Assembly (NCBI GenBank): GCA_028534125.1
Contig: CM052816.1
Span: forward strand, 3,660,001-3,724,000
DNA length: 64,000 bases
Source of the DNA: Lama glama
Taxonomy: Eukaryota
Direction of reading: 5' to 3'
Positions 26,304 to 39,310 of this stretch are shown here, one piece after another. Under the pieces are notes generated by a model. That model was given only the letters and a program-made list of their open reading frames with translations. It made no database searches and was not told the DNA's origin. The position numbers and the translations under genes are program-made. Within the stretch, counting starts at the first letter, position 1; every line of letters begins with the position of its first letter.

Positions 26304-28029
26304 GGGGGCATTGGGAAGGGGTGGTAGTAGACGTCAGCCCAACTTCTCGGGCACCCTATAGTGGCTGAATCTCTCTCTTCTGGTCACTGGTGTGCTGAAG
26401 TGCATCTCTGGGAATTGGTGCTGTGATGATGATGGTTATCACCTTTCCACCCTCCACTGGGCAGCAACACGTGATCAGCCTGGGCTAAGCAATGGGACAG
26501 ACACTGGCCCTACATGAATGGCATGCCTCCCCTGTTGCCAGAACCAGGCTTGACTTTGTATCAGCGCAACTTGTCAGTGAACAGAGATTTGTGACACGAG
26601 CTGACGCAGAGGGACAGGAGGGCCAGGGAAGGGAAGTGGCATGTATTTTCCTGGCTGAGGCCGCCTGCTTTGCCAGCACATTATCCGCTGTCTTCTTCAC
26701 TGTGCAGCTCTGATAACAGTGACATCTTGGGTCCATTCAAAGTTGAGGAAAAAGAGTCTCCGACGGCACTTGAGTTCAGCAACAAAATGCCAGCACAAGT
26801 TGAATTTTCTCCCTCCAATCAACCGCTCCCCATCCTCTTTCTCTGAGTTCTGCTTCATGACCCTTGCAACATGGGCTTTAAAGAGGAAAAGAAAGGAATA
26901 GGGAATGAAGAGATGTGAAGTGAGGAAAATCTGTTTCACCTCAATGTGTGTGTTTTTAATTCTGATTGCCAGATCTCCTCGATCCGGGTCTGAGACCATT
27001 TCTCGGTCCTGGAGGTGCCTCCATTGGCTCAAATGCCAACTCCCTTAGCTGAGTGGGAGGGATGCGTTGAGGTGCTCCAGGCACAGAAAGTGCTCCCACC
27101 GTGTGGCTTAGTCTCTTGGAATTTTGTCTCCACGTTCCTCAGCCTCTGGCCTGCCTGGCCTTTTCTATTAATTTATCTTCTCCCTTTGTCACAGGAGTGT
27201 ATTTCTCTAAATCCATTACTCATCTGTGCGCCAGGTCCCAGGAGATGGCTGCACTGTCTGGTGAGGGATGAGCCTATCCAGAGCTCCCGATTGCCGGAGC
27301 CGGTGCCCCTGATGGAAGGCCACTGTGCAGAGAGCTGCTTGGAGCCTGGGAGAGCTTTGAAAAATGGGACTGCCCCCGAAGGGAATCAGACAGGTTCATA
27401 AATCACAGCCACGGTTGTTAAATCCTGACAGAGGCTCACAGCGAGGAGGAGAAATGGTCAGTTTTAAGGACTGGCCCTGGGAAGTCCTCAAGATCACATA
27501 CCCCACTGCTTGGGCTTCGCCTGTAGAATTCTCTATAGCATAGCTGATCAGAGAGTCGAGTGGCGCCGTCCCCAGTTACTCAAAGGAGTGACTCCCATGG
27601 CGACCTTGAAGCCCCGCGTGCAAACCATTTGATGAGTCTAAAGCAGATTTCATAAGCAGTCACAGCCATGTCCCCTGGACACTCACAAACTTATTAGCAG
27701 CTGGGTAAACTCTGTACCAATGACTCTGGCTGTTCTGTGTTCAGCGAGGATCATGGTCAAGGATGAAGCAGGCTGGAACCCCCCCATGTATCAGACACCA
27801 GCCTGCCTAGAGGGACCTTCTGCCAAGGTTCTACTGCCAAATGAGGTAGTGTCTGTGCTCTTTATGCCAGCAATGCTGTTTCTATCAGGACTGGAGAGCA
27901 AATGAGGAAAAAGGTGGGAAAGCAGAGTCTTGCAGGTGATTATGGTCCTAATGTTCTCCAGTGACATGCCTCATGGAGATGACAAGAGAAAAATGGGCCA
28001 TGTGAGGAACAGTGGTCTTCAGCCTAATG

Positions 28030-28235
28030 GTCATTGGATTTATCCAAACCTAAGTTCAAATGGCAGCTGAGCCAAGTACTTGCAGCAAGATCTTGGATTA
28101 ATAAATTCCTTAATCTCTTCAGACCTCAGTTTTCTTATCAATGAAATGGGGAGAGAAGCAGTACCTACCTCACAGCATGATTCTGAACATTAAACACATG
28201 TAATTTTTTGCCCAGCATCTAACATATGGTCGTCA
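28030..28235 (+). mobile_element. MIR SINE
   Basis: gttcaaat...ttaatctcttcagacctcagttttcttatcaatgaaatgggg...agtacctacctcacag. Confidence 0.8.
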
Positions 28236-29319
28236 CTATTCTTAGTAATTCATGGAAGAGTAATACTCTTTCTGAAGTGGTTCTGAAGAAAGAGCATGAA
28301 AGTCAAGCCCCATGGCATAAATGAACATCAGCCCAGCTTGATCTGACTGTAGTAAACATCTGTTAAGTAGCTGCTGTGGGTACTGGTTTCTGCCGAGATG
28401 CTAAAGGAAATGGCAGCATCCCTGTCGTCTTCCCAACCGCACTACTAACTTCTCGACGAAGCGGGCACACATGAAGGCAGCTTAGGAAGGGATCCAAGGC
28501 AGCACGGAGACAAGCTGAAGGTGCTCTAGAGATTGAGATACTGAAATTCCTAGCAGCTACGAAGCCAAGCAAAGGTATCAGTGGCCCTTCTCACTCCTCT
28601 GCAACCTCTCCGTGGCATGATGCTTCACCAAATGTCTGGGAAACCGCTGAAGCATTCTACACTGCCTGATGCTCCAGCCTATCTCCCTGGACCAGAGGAG
28701 CGTAAGGAAGAAAGAAGGTTCAGAGACAGAAGAGAAGGTGGCCCATGACTTTACAGCTTGGACCCACTCCCCTTAGTTTTTCCTCTGCTATGTCTCTATT
28801 TTCAGTGCCTTTCACAGGCACAGGTCAACTTGTGCTGAGAGCTGCCCTTGGCCAAGTAGCCAGGGTGAGTTCTGACCCGGCCACCCTCCTCTCCGCTGGG
28901 ATGCCAGCACAGGGGACCCCGCCTGTTTCCTTTCAGCATCTGCCCTCTGCTTTGATGGCTTTTCAAAATTCCACTTGCAGGTTTTGATCACATCTCCTCC
29001 TCTGAGAGACTTTGTTTTTCCTTCTTGGCTTCTGCAACATAACTCCTTCGTCAGCTCCTTTTCTTCCTTCTCGTCCCTGAACATTGTGTCTTTTCACTCT
29101 TTGTTCTCTCCAGATGCCATCTGTGCAGCCCTGCCCCCTCTCTTCTGCACCCTGTTCTATTACTTACTAGGTATTTTTAATTCATTGGGCTCTCAGATAC
29201 TCTAAAGAAAACAAAAACCCCTCATTATTCAGCCTTAAGCCCCTACCATCCCCTACAATGTTCCTATTTCTCCAGCAATATTCCTGTGATTCTTTTAGGC
29301 GTTAAGTCTCAGAATGATG

Positions 29320-30875
29320 TTATTCACTCAACAAATACTAACACGTGCCAGGGGCTGGCTAGTGTGAAAGTCCCTGCCTTTCTGCAGCCTCCTGGGGGGA
29401 AAGGAACGTCTCAGCATGGAAACACAATACAGAGGACTAATCACTATGATTGCATTAAAGTCGGAAACTAGTTGGAGGGTTCAGAGAAGCCTTCCAGGAG
29501 TGGAGGATGTCTAAACGCAGACCCGAAGAATAAGGAGCAGTTAGGCAAAAAGAGGATACGGAAGTGTTCCAGGCAGAGGACTATTCAAAGATCAAGTGGG
29601 AAGAGAAAGAATTTGAGAATCTGGAAATAATTCACCTTAGCTGGAGTCCATAGCCCAGGGAAGCGAAACAGAGCTCAGGGCTTGAAAGACTATTCTGTCC
29701 CCATCAAAATTCTCTGTGACTGCCTGGAAGCTCACAGGATTAGGCTTGCTTTCTTGCCGTAGTGTTCCTACTTATCACCTCACCCCACCCTTTTTACCTA
29801 GAATGCCATCACCCTTCCTTGTACTAACCCTTGATGGTTTGAACTCTAGGGTAAGCCATGAAGTGCTCTAAGTAGTATTTTAACTCGTATTCTAGTAAAG
29901 ACCATAAAGTTCTCTGATTAGTACATCGTTTGGCAGTTCCTATCTGGGAATTTATTAATCCTTCCATCCATCCATCCATCTAATGTTTATTAATGACCTA
30001 CTGTGTGCCAAGCCCTGTGCACGTGTGAACAAACAAAACAAACCTTGTCCCTGGGTTATGACTCCTACATGTTTGTGCAGGAGACAATCAACTACTAAAA
30101 GCATGAGTTACAGTTCATTGCACTGTCATTTTTACAGTTTGGTCTCCTCTCTGGATGGACTCAATCTTAAGCTCTCCAACGTTTGCCTTGGCTCGGAATA
30201 ATTCAGTGTCTCTCTGTGCCGGCACTTAGGTTTGCTTACCAAACCTCAGAGAGGCCTTATGAGATGACTCTGTTAATGGTTTTTCTTTTACAGATAAGGC
30301 AAGTGAGGTCAGGTGACTTGCTGAAGGTCACATGACGAGTAAGGGCAGAGCCAGAGTCTCAACTCAGGTCTGTGTGAGCCCAAAGCTCACGGAACTGCAT
30401 AGGTGCTTGGGTGCTCAGCAAGGGCTGACTTTGTGGTTCCTGTTAGTTACGTTCCCAGGAAGTAGGGTTTGTGGGTTGAGTAGAGACATCTAGACCCATG
30501 TCAGTGGTCCTATAATACAGCAAATATAATTACGTCTCTAGGACTGCCCATCTCTCAGAGTTAACAGGACTAGCTGGCTCTGATTTAATCTCATTTGTTT
30601 GTCTCCAATTCAACAAGTATTTATTGAATAACTACTGTGTGTTAGGCACCATATTGAACACTGGGGATAAAAAGGAAAGAAAACTGTTCTGCCTTTACTG
30701 TGCTTTTGGCCAATCAGGAATACAGACATGAATGAAACACGCCAAAAAGTGACTGTGCTACAGGAAATAGAAGTAAATGTTACGGAGGAGAATGGTGGGG
30801 GCTGTAACAGGTTAGGATGTGGGGTGGAGCCTGAGGAAGTGATGCTTAAGCTCCATCTAGAAATGAGTTAGGCAA
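29320..30875 (-). mobile_element. Cluster of L2 tails (about 29320-29660, 29960-30060, 30605-30875) and a MIR (about 30245-30390)
   Basis: attcactcaacaaata, tttattaatgacctactgtgtgcca, ttcaacaagtatttattgaataactactgtgtg, and tttacagataaggcaagtgagg...gactt. Confidence 0.65.
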
Positions 30876-33800
30876 AACGGAGGGAACCCATGAAGTCTTG
30901 GATGGGATGCTCTGTGCCTGTTTCACGAGCTCAAAGACCTTTTCAACCCATTACAGTCTCACAGAACAACCCCCACCTTCAGATATTTCCCGTAGTCCAG
31001 CGTGGTTCCCTTGAAAGAACCAAACATCTTGATATATTGGGCACTGTTTCCTTTAAGACATGTGCTTGGCTGTCATGCACTCAGATACCCACCCGCCCCT
31101 ACCCCGCCGTCAGAGAAACATGACTTTCCCGTCCATATGTTAATCCCAGTCTTTGGCACTTACCCTCCTGCACTGACGTGCATCAATTGTTTTAATATTG
31201 CTTCTAGAGGGTTCTAAGTTATGCACAGGAAAGGGAAGCACACCCATCAACCCACCACATGCATGGAGACATCCTGTGGCGATGCTTTGGAGACCCTCGG
31301 TGCTGAGACTGCACCCAGGCCTTATGAAGTGCTCTCAAGGGTAAAACTAAGCTCCCACCAGGCCCTGACCCCTAAAAAAGCCGCAGAGGACCTCGCCCCT
31401 GCTGACCAAATTACGTCCTCTGTCTCTCCTCACGGCTGGACATGCTGGTTGCTCCCCACATTTCCAGTTAGTTCCCCTCCCAGTCCTTTAACGTTCCTGG
31501 CCCACACTGCACTCTTTTCCTTGCCCTTGGTCGCTGTGTTAAACTCGAATTCAGCTACGCCATAGCCTGAAGATCCTGCCTTTTTGGTAGGAGCTCAAAA
31601 GATCTTTGCATTTATGTGGTTTGACTGGGGGAGAACAGGGGTAAAGCGAAAGTCAACACTTTTTTGTCCGTTTTTTACTGTTCCAGCGTGAACGTTCCCT
31701 AAAGAATCCCTCTTTCTGCTACTTGCCCACAGCAGAAGCCATTCAGTATGTATGTTTCTATGGATGCCTTCTAAAATTTTATTTGAGAAATTTTCAGGTG
31801 CTTATCACGTGCTACGAGAAAACAGAGCAGATCTACAAACTTGCTACTTATGTTTTTATGTCATTATAGTCTTGGTACCACTTTTTTTTTTTTAAAAATT
31901 AAACTGACATTTTACATGATCGTTTCCCTTTTTTAAATTAGATGTCCTTGAGTAAGTCAGCACCACATGTCATAACTGACTCTCAGTAACTACTGTCCTG
32001 GGACATGTACCAGACAGAAAATGCACCTCGCTTTTCACACTTCTTAGATGCACTTTAAGCTGGTTTTCATTAAATCCGGTGGCAGGGAACATGTTAGTTT
32101 AGCTACCATCAACTCCTTCATTATGTAAGCCCTCAATTAAATCAAAGCCCACTGGGATTATATTTTCACCTTCATCACGGCGTTTGGTTTGGCTACTTCA
32201 TTGGAGGCAATTCATTTGCAGGTGGACAGCACAGAGCCAGAATATTCCTCATCAGGAATTCCGAATTGAGAATTAATCAAGAACAGGATAACAGTGAGAC
32301 ACTGGTAAAATCACTGTAATAATTAATGTGATAGTACTTCCTCTTTTGCGATGGTTTGCTTTCCCCATCAGTTGTAGGTCAAAATCCAAAATCGAAATAT
32401 TTTAGCATGACATTCAAGACTTCATCCGTTCCCATCGTGCTCCCCCAGCATCATCTGCTATCACCCTCTGTCCCAAATACTCTGCTGACGTTTCATTACA
32501 CTTCCAACATTTCATGCAGGTGCTTTCATGTCTCTATGTTGTACCAAGCGCCACCACCTCTCCCTACAGGATTGCTTCTACCTTCTCCTCTTTCCAGTGA
32601 ATTCCTACTCACCTCTGAGACCTAGTATACATGTCATTTCACCTGTGCTATCTTAGTGTATAGGCATTTGATAAAACTCATAGCTAGGCTTATTATAAAG
32701 CTGATGTTTACATTCACTGTTCATGGCGGTGGGGACCATGATTTGACCATCTTTGCATTCTGGATATCCAGGCATTCCTAAGGGAGGCTTGCTAGTTGAG
32801 TGGATCAAGCAAAGGGTTCTAAAACACTAAAAGCCTTCTGAAAGCCAAGGAGTGCGTTTCAACCTGGATTTTCTTTCTTTTGGTACTAGCATCCCCATTT
32901 TGCAATTTAGAGAACAGAAACTCAGAGGGGTTAAGTCCTTACTTCTGAGCGGCAGAGCTAGGACTGTCTGACTCCAATGTCAAGATTCTAATAGTCATGA
33001 TGGCAGGCTGGTGAACGAGCGGAACAGCAAGTACAGATGACATGGTGAAAAAGGCAGTGTCGCACTAAAAAGTACCCAGGCCTGGGAACTGGGAGACTTT
33101 GTTTCCAGGGCTAACCACCCCACTGAGCTGTGTGACTCTCTTTCTGGGCTTAGATTTCCCCATTCATAGCATGAAAGGATTAGAGCAGGCCATATCCAAG
33201 GGCCATATGCATCTTCAACTCTTAAGAGTTGTCCTCCCATCATGGTTCCTTCCTACTTGCAGCCTACAGAATGCTAGATAAAAACCAGCTGCTCTACCGA
33301 ACAACTCCCAGTTCCAGTGTAAATGTTTGGAGCAAGATTTAAAGACAAATTCTTAATGCTTGCCCCAGAATATAGCTTAGGAAAACGATTCTCTATGTTT
33401 GGGAAAATACTTTGATATGCAGCTTGAGGGAAAGATAAGACCCTAAGGGCATGGGTCTGTAGGAACATGGATTGTTGAAAAGATAACTTAACTGGTATGC
33501 ATCAGAAAGAATTCAGATATCTGAGGGGCAAGGGAGGGAGGGAAGAGGGAGGAAGGAAGGAAGGAAGACTGCTCTGGAAAAGATAGAGGACCAGGCCTAG
33601 GGACTTTCTGGAGCAAGAATATTTACTATTGATTTTTGGCGTGTTCTGCTTTCCCAAAACTTTAATAAAATCTTCTGTATACCAGAGCCTTGTGTGAGTC
33701 GTCTTTTTGGTAGAGATTAAATGGAAAATGCTGAGATCCAAAGTCCAAGTTACGTGTTTTTACTTAGACAACTTGAACAGGACGGGGAGATGCTCTTTCA

Positions 33801-35127
33801 GGGACTCCATACACAGTCGTGCAGGTCATGCACGTGTGTATGTGTGTGTGGCGGGGCGAGGCAACTCCTAGACATCATAGATTTGTGCACTTCTAATTTT
33901 CCAGTGCACCATGGCAATAAGTATCTTGTTCTTAAAAAAAAATCGCTATATTATGACAGTTTTCTGACAGATGGAAGTGATCCAAGAAAGGGGTATCTCT
34001 TTCTAATTTGCACAAAGGGATATATGGTCTAGTGGTGGTTCTTAGTCTTAAGCTGAATACATTCACAGAATAAAAGTCCGAAGTCAGAGGTGATTGTGAA
34101 ACTACAAGGAGGTCCTCAGGAAGCACATTACATTTTGCTTAATCTGGCAAAAAGAGTTCGGCATCGATCACTCTTAGGTAGATATTAGTTAGGGACAGGA
34201 TAACCTCAGCTGCCATCTAGGCAACATGTGGACAAAGCTGCACTAGGTGCATTGACAGAAATCTCTACAAATGCTACTTTCTCTACGGTTCCCTAGCATG
34301 TACACAGACTCACTGGTACTTTTTACGTGAGTTAAGAGCTAGAATAAACATCAGTGTGTACAACGTTGCACTGGCATCCACAGAATCATCCAGGGATGTA
34401 ATCAACGCTGTAACAAGGAAATTGTGGGCTGCCCAGGTGTGGAAGATACTTGAGCGTCTTTCTCCCACCCCCAATTAAAATGTGAATAGGGCATAAAAAC
34501 TGCTCACTCCGTGCATCTTCTGCATTCGGAGGACCGAGACCAAATTCTCAATTGCTTGCCTACACTCCTCTTTTATTGTTCGGTTTACAAGCAATCATAT
34601 CACTCCACACAAACTATAATTTCCTCTTTGTTATCTTTGCTTCCTTCAGACAAATATGATTCACTGAACAAGCAGTAATGAACCATTGGCTGCCTGCTCA
34701 GTAGAGATGAGAGTGTGCCGAGACTGTAGATTAATGCGGGATTAAGGAAGGCAGAGTAAGTTTCACTTCCAGATGATGAGGGCACCCAGCAGTCTGCTGT
34801 TTACTTTTTCACATACTTATCTCAAACCTCTAATGATCGTTTTTTTGGCAAAGTGTTACGCAGAATCTGAACTATTACAAGGTCAACTGTAAACAATCAT
34901 CTAATAACAGTTATCCTATGAACGTAACTCCAGTAACTTAGAATCATTGGGTTTTTTTTTCACTCATTCACTCACTCAACCCACCCATCCTTCCATCTCT
35001 CCAGCCAATCACTTATTCAACATGTACTAAGTATCCACTGATGCGCAAGGCGCTGTTTCAGAGTTTACAATACGCAGCGCGTGTCTGGTCATTAGGGCAT
35101 GTGACCCTGTACCCATTCTCTTGGAAC

Positions 35128-35301
35128 TCAGTTTTCAACCTTGGCGACACCCTGGGATCACCAGGCATGCTCTAAACGATACCACCATCGGGGCTGCACC
35201 TTCAGAGATTCTAATTTAATTGTTCTGGAATGGGGACTAGGAATCAAAATTATTTTTAAACTCAGCTGATTCTTGCACGAAGCAAAGGTTGAGAATCACC
35301 G
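35128..35301. mobile_element. MER5-family hAT-Charlie MITE
   Basis: ttttcaaccttggc...gatcacc...cagagattctaatttaattgttctgg...aaggttgagaatcaccg; quasi-palindromic. Confidence 0.75.
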
Positions 35302-35600
35302 GCTTAGCATTTACAACCCAGTAAGGGAGATAAGCAGTACACAAGTGAACGAGTAATAATTACACAGTGTGAAAAGCCATGAAGACCAGTGTTTCATGCT
35401 CTCTGGTTGGCTCCTACAAATCTCCATTCAGAGATAAGACCCAAAGGTTAGTGGGCTGTGACTGAAAAGTAAATTTTGCTGATCTGTTTTCATGCATTTT
35501 CACATGATATGGTTATGTTTGTAATAACAGCCATTTCCCTTGTGGCAAGATCTCAGCAAGGCAATGGCTAGAATGTTCAATTTCGGGCTTTTCTTGCTAT

Positions 35601-36153
35601 TAAAGGCGGACAGAATATACCACCCCAAAATATGCCTCTCTGGCATAAGGATTATTTTCAGCTGGTTATTTTTAAGAAAAAGCAGACATCGGAAAAGCTT
35701 TGAAAGCTGAGTAGAGGTTATCCTTTTGTAAGATCCATTTACATTTATAAGGGAAATCTCCATTTGTAAGGGGTCTCCCTCTCCGTACCAGGAAGAGGAG
35801 AAGGACCAAATCTCTAGGAACTTGTCAGTGGGGAAGGCAGTGACTTAAGTCTGTCTAACAATCATACCACCATTTACTGGGCTTTGCCTGACAACTGCCC
35901 ATAACTGGCTCCCTGCTGACACTCCCTGCCCATCCCAACCCCACCCCCACAACACCTCTTGTCTTTAGCTGGAGATGGTACCTAAGGTGGTAGCCGGGGC
36001 CATTCTGGGAAGTTACTGTTCTGCTCCCATGCACACAGGAGGCACACATGGTATTGAATTTCTACTTGTTTTTCCTTTGCTTATCTTTTATTAATGGGGG
36101 ACTCAGTTAAGAACCTAGAAGGAAAGAGGGAAAATGATTTTTCCTTCCCTATA
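35601..36153 (+). mobile_element. MER34-like ERV1 solo LTR with 4-bp TSD CTAT
   Basis: cagaatataccaccccaaaatatgcctct...ggcataaggattatttt...aagaacctagaagg...ttccttccctata; CTAT at 35597-35600 and 36154-36157. Confidence 0.85.
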
Positions 36154-36405
36154 CTATGTTCTCAACTTCCTTTCCCAGATCAAAAAGTCTAAAAGCCTTT
36201 ATAAATAAATGCAGTAGAAGGCATAGGAAATGTAATAAAGACAATGAAATTCCTTTTGTCCTCCAGCTGAAAGCAGACCCCTTTAGCATGGTGGTATGGT
36301 TTAGCAGGGAAAAAAAAGAGGCTGAAGTCAGGCAACGTGAAATTTTTTTCCCCTGCCTCCTCTAACATCTTTGCACAAGACTGTGAACCTCTGTGTCTCT
36401 GGTTC

Positions 36406-37146
36406 TGAAACCAGGTTACCCTAAAACTGAGTTCCCCTGCCAAGTTTATGATTAACCCCTCTACCCAAAACTGCTCCCTTTCTTTTCCTGAACCTGTTCC
36501 CTCAAGATGGATGAGTATCAAAGAAAAAGGGAGACTGAAACGGTATACAAGCCCCTTGTGTCCCTGTCCTTTGAAGTAAAAGGCTTTTGCTTTAGTCTCC
36601 CAGGCCTCCCTTGAGTCTCAACAGGCTGGCTCAAGAGTTAACAATTAGGAAAATGTGAAGATGTAGAAACAAAGAAAAGCTGTTGGGTTGGGAAACTGGT
36701 AACAATTTTAGACTATAAACCAGCTACCCAGGAGAGTCAGCGAACTCCCATTTCCCTGAAAGATACAGATGGAGGCCTGACACACATTCCTAAGTTGTTC
36801 TGACAGGAAGCAGACCCCCAGCAGAGAACTGCTGACTGCAAGCACGTAGACATGAAAGGGGCTGAAACCAGAAAATTGATGATGCTTGAAACTTCGCCTT
36901 GATGCCAACCAATGTGAGAACTGTGCAGGAGCTGATCAAGCACCCTGCAACCCCTCCCTCACGCTGCCTTTAACACCCCCTTCCCCGAAAGCCATCGGCG
37001 AGTTTGGGTCTTTTGATCATGAGCTGCCCATTCTCCTTGCTTGGTGCCCTGCAATAAACGCTGTATTTTCCTTCACCACAACCTGGGGTCAGTAGATTGG
37101 CTGTACTGCACACAGGGTGGGAGGACCCAAGTTTGGTTAGGTAACA
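36406..37146 (+). mobile_element. ERV1-class solo LTR (lineage-specific) with 4-bp TSD GTTC
   Basis: TGAAAC...AATAAA poly(A) signal near 37053...GGTAACA; GTTC at 36402-36405 and 37147-37150. Confidence 0.85.
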
Positions 37147-38919
37147 GTTCCTCATATGCAAAGGGACGATGTTTACAAGGCTTTCCCCCTGAGGAGCCTC
37201 TTCTGATGTGAGGACTACGAGATAAGACGCATAGAGGTGGGTGCTAGGCCTAGGGATGTGCTCCGTCAATGCTGATGACTTTGCTTGGGTAATCAAGGTC
37301 CCGCCTGCTAGAAGATAAACTCCGAGAGGGCAAGAAGCACAACCGTCTTGGTCATCACAGTATCCCTAGCGGACATGTCAGCTGTTTAGCAGGCACTCAA
37401 ATCTTTGTGGAAGGAATGGGTTTATTTGGGTTCTAGCTATGTGCCCAGACTGGCAGATCCAGCTAGAACCCTGGTCAGCTGAAGTGTTCAAATTCTCATG
37501 GCAAATTTCATCTCAAAGACTTCTGGACGGCTTCCACTTGTGGGTGGCCCTCCAAGGCTGCTTCCCATTGTCCTACCTCATGGACTGTGTCTCTGGATCT
37601 TACAGTTTTCCAGTTAGATCACACGAGTATTGGTGAACCAAGGGGCCAGCACTGCTGACCTCATCTTGAGGTCTCAGGCTGAAACTCCTCAACTCTGTTT
37701 TAAGGGCTGCCCCAGAAGACCTGGGGAAACAGCATTCTGACCTGTGTGTTATTCATCCACTAGATTCATTAGTAGACTCTGCTCAAGTGACACCTGGGGT
37801 TTGCTTTTCATGGCCATGGGGGTGTCTACCTAACTGGTATTACCAAAGAGAATTAACTCTACTAGAAAATCACTGTAGCCACTATATCCTACAGACTAAT
37901 CTTGCCCAGCAACAGGCTGCATGGAGGAAGCAAACACTCAATGACAGCAACCCATGGTTATGAGATAAAAATCCATCCAACGCACATGAAAAATAAGCAC
38001 TCATCATGGCCTTCGGGGGAAGAAAACAACATAACTCAGAACAGTGTACTTTACTGGAGGGTCTAAAACTTTATGGACAGATGTCAAAAGAAGTGGGCAA
38101 GCTCTAGAATGATACAAAAGAGTCAGTGTGAAAATTTTTCAAAAACGAAAACCTCATTAGGTTTATGATCTCACTTTCTTGCTAGAATTATGAGACAGCC
38201 ATTGATTCCTGGTAGCGGCTGGCAAAGGGGTTAAAAGGTACCCAAACCAGGCTTTTTGTATCTGGGATTTTCTGCTCAGTCAGGTCCTTGAGGGAAGCTA
38301 GTCTAAGCCTGTGTCGCTCCCATAAATGGCTGAAGGAGCCAAGAGGGAGGGAGTATTTGGTCACTATGGTGCTGGAGTTAATTGATGTTAAACTGTTTAG
38401 GTACTTAAATGGTATTCTTTTCCCCTTTTAAAACAGCATTTCTTATCACTGTCACTCGCTGAATTAAAGTCAGAAAAAGATCCAAAGCTCTTTGTGTGAG
38501 TTCTCAATACACTCATCTCTTCATCCACAACCACAATGCTGACCACTTACTTCATCTTGTCTGTGTAACTCTTCCTTAGGACAAGGTTTGCCTCTCTCAC
38601 GGCTTAACAGAGACCGCACAAGCCTTTGCTATGAGACAATTTCAAAAGCCGGGTTAAAGTTCACTTTTAATTTGGGGCAAATTCATCGGCTCATGTTTGT
38701 TTTATTGTTGTCTTGACTGCATTGATTTGTACACAAAAGATCTGCTGACCATACTCTCTGAGGCACAGGTTGTACCAAAACTGCCCCATCACTGGGACAT
38801 TCCTGGACCATAACCAAGGAGTAATAATCTGTCGCTCCAACAGCAAAGGCCCCAGGACTAACATTTAAGTCCTAAGTTGTAGGTGATGCACGAAGTAATT
38901 CACATACGTCGTGCCATCA

Positions 38920-39310
38920 AGCGTTCACAAGTCGCTCTGAGGTGCTGCTGTCCTTATCTCCTGAGGAAACTGCGACAGAAAGACGGTTTAAAACCTTGCC
39001 CAGAGGCACCCCCGGTGGGTGGTGAAACCAGGCTCCAGAGTCTGGCGGTCTGACTTGAGAGCTCTGTCCCTAACTTTTACTCCGCGCTGCCACCAGTGTC
39101 AGAGATTCCGCGAGATCTCAAAATCTGACTGAGCCCTGAGAAAGGACAGAATCTTCTCGTTATGCCAAACAGAGAGCTGTCACGTATTAAGCCCCCAGTC
39201 TCCCCATCTGTACAATGGGGATGAAGTCCACCCCTTTTATCCAACTTCAGGGAGATTTTAAGAGGGGGGTTTGTGAAAATGCTTTGGAATTTACAAAGCA
39301 CTTGAAAAAT
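38920..39310. mobile_element. Two adjacent MIRs in opposite orientation (minus about 38920-39080, plus about 39150-39310)
   Basis: tgaggaaactg...ccttgcccagagg versus gcccccagtctccccatctgtacaatggggatga. Confidence 0.65.
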
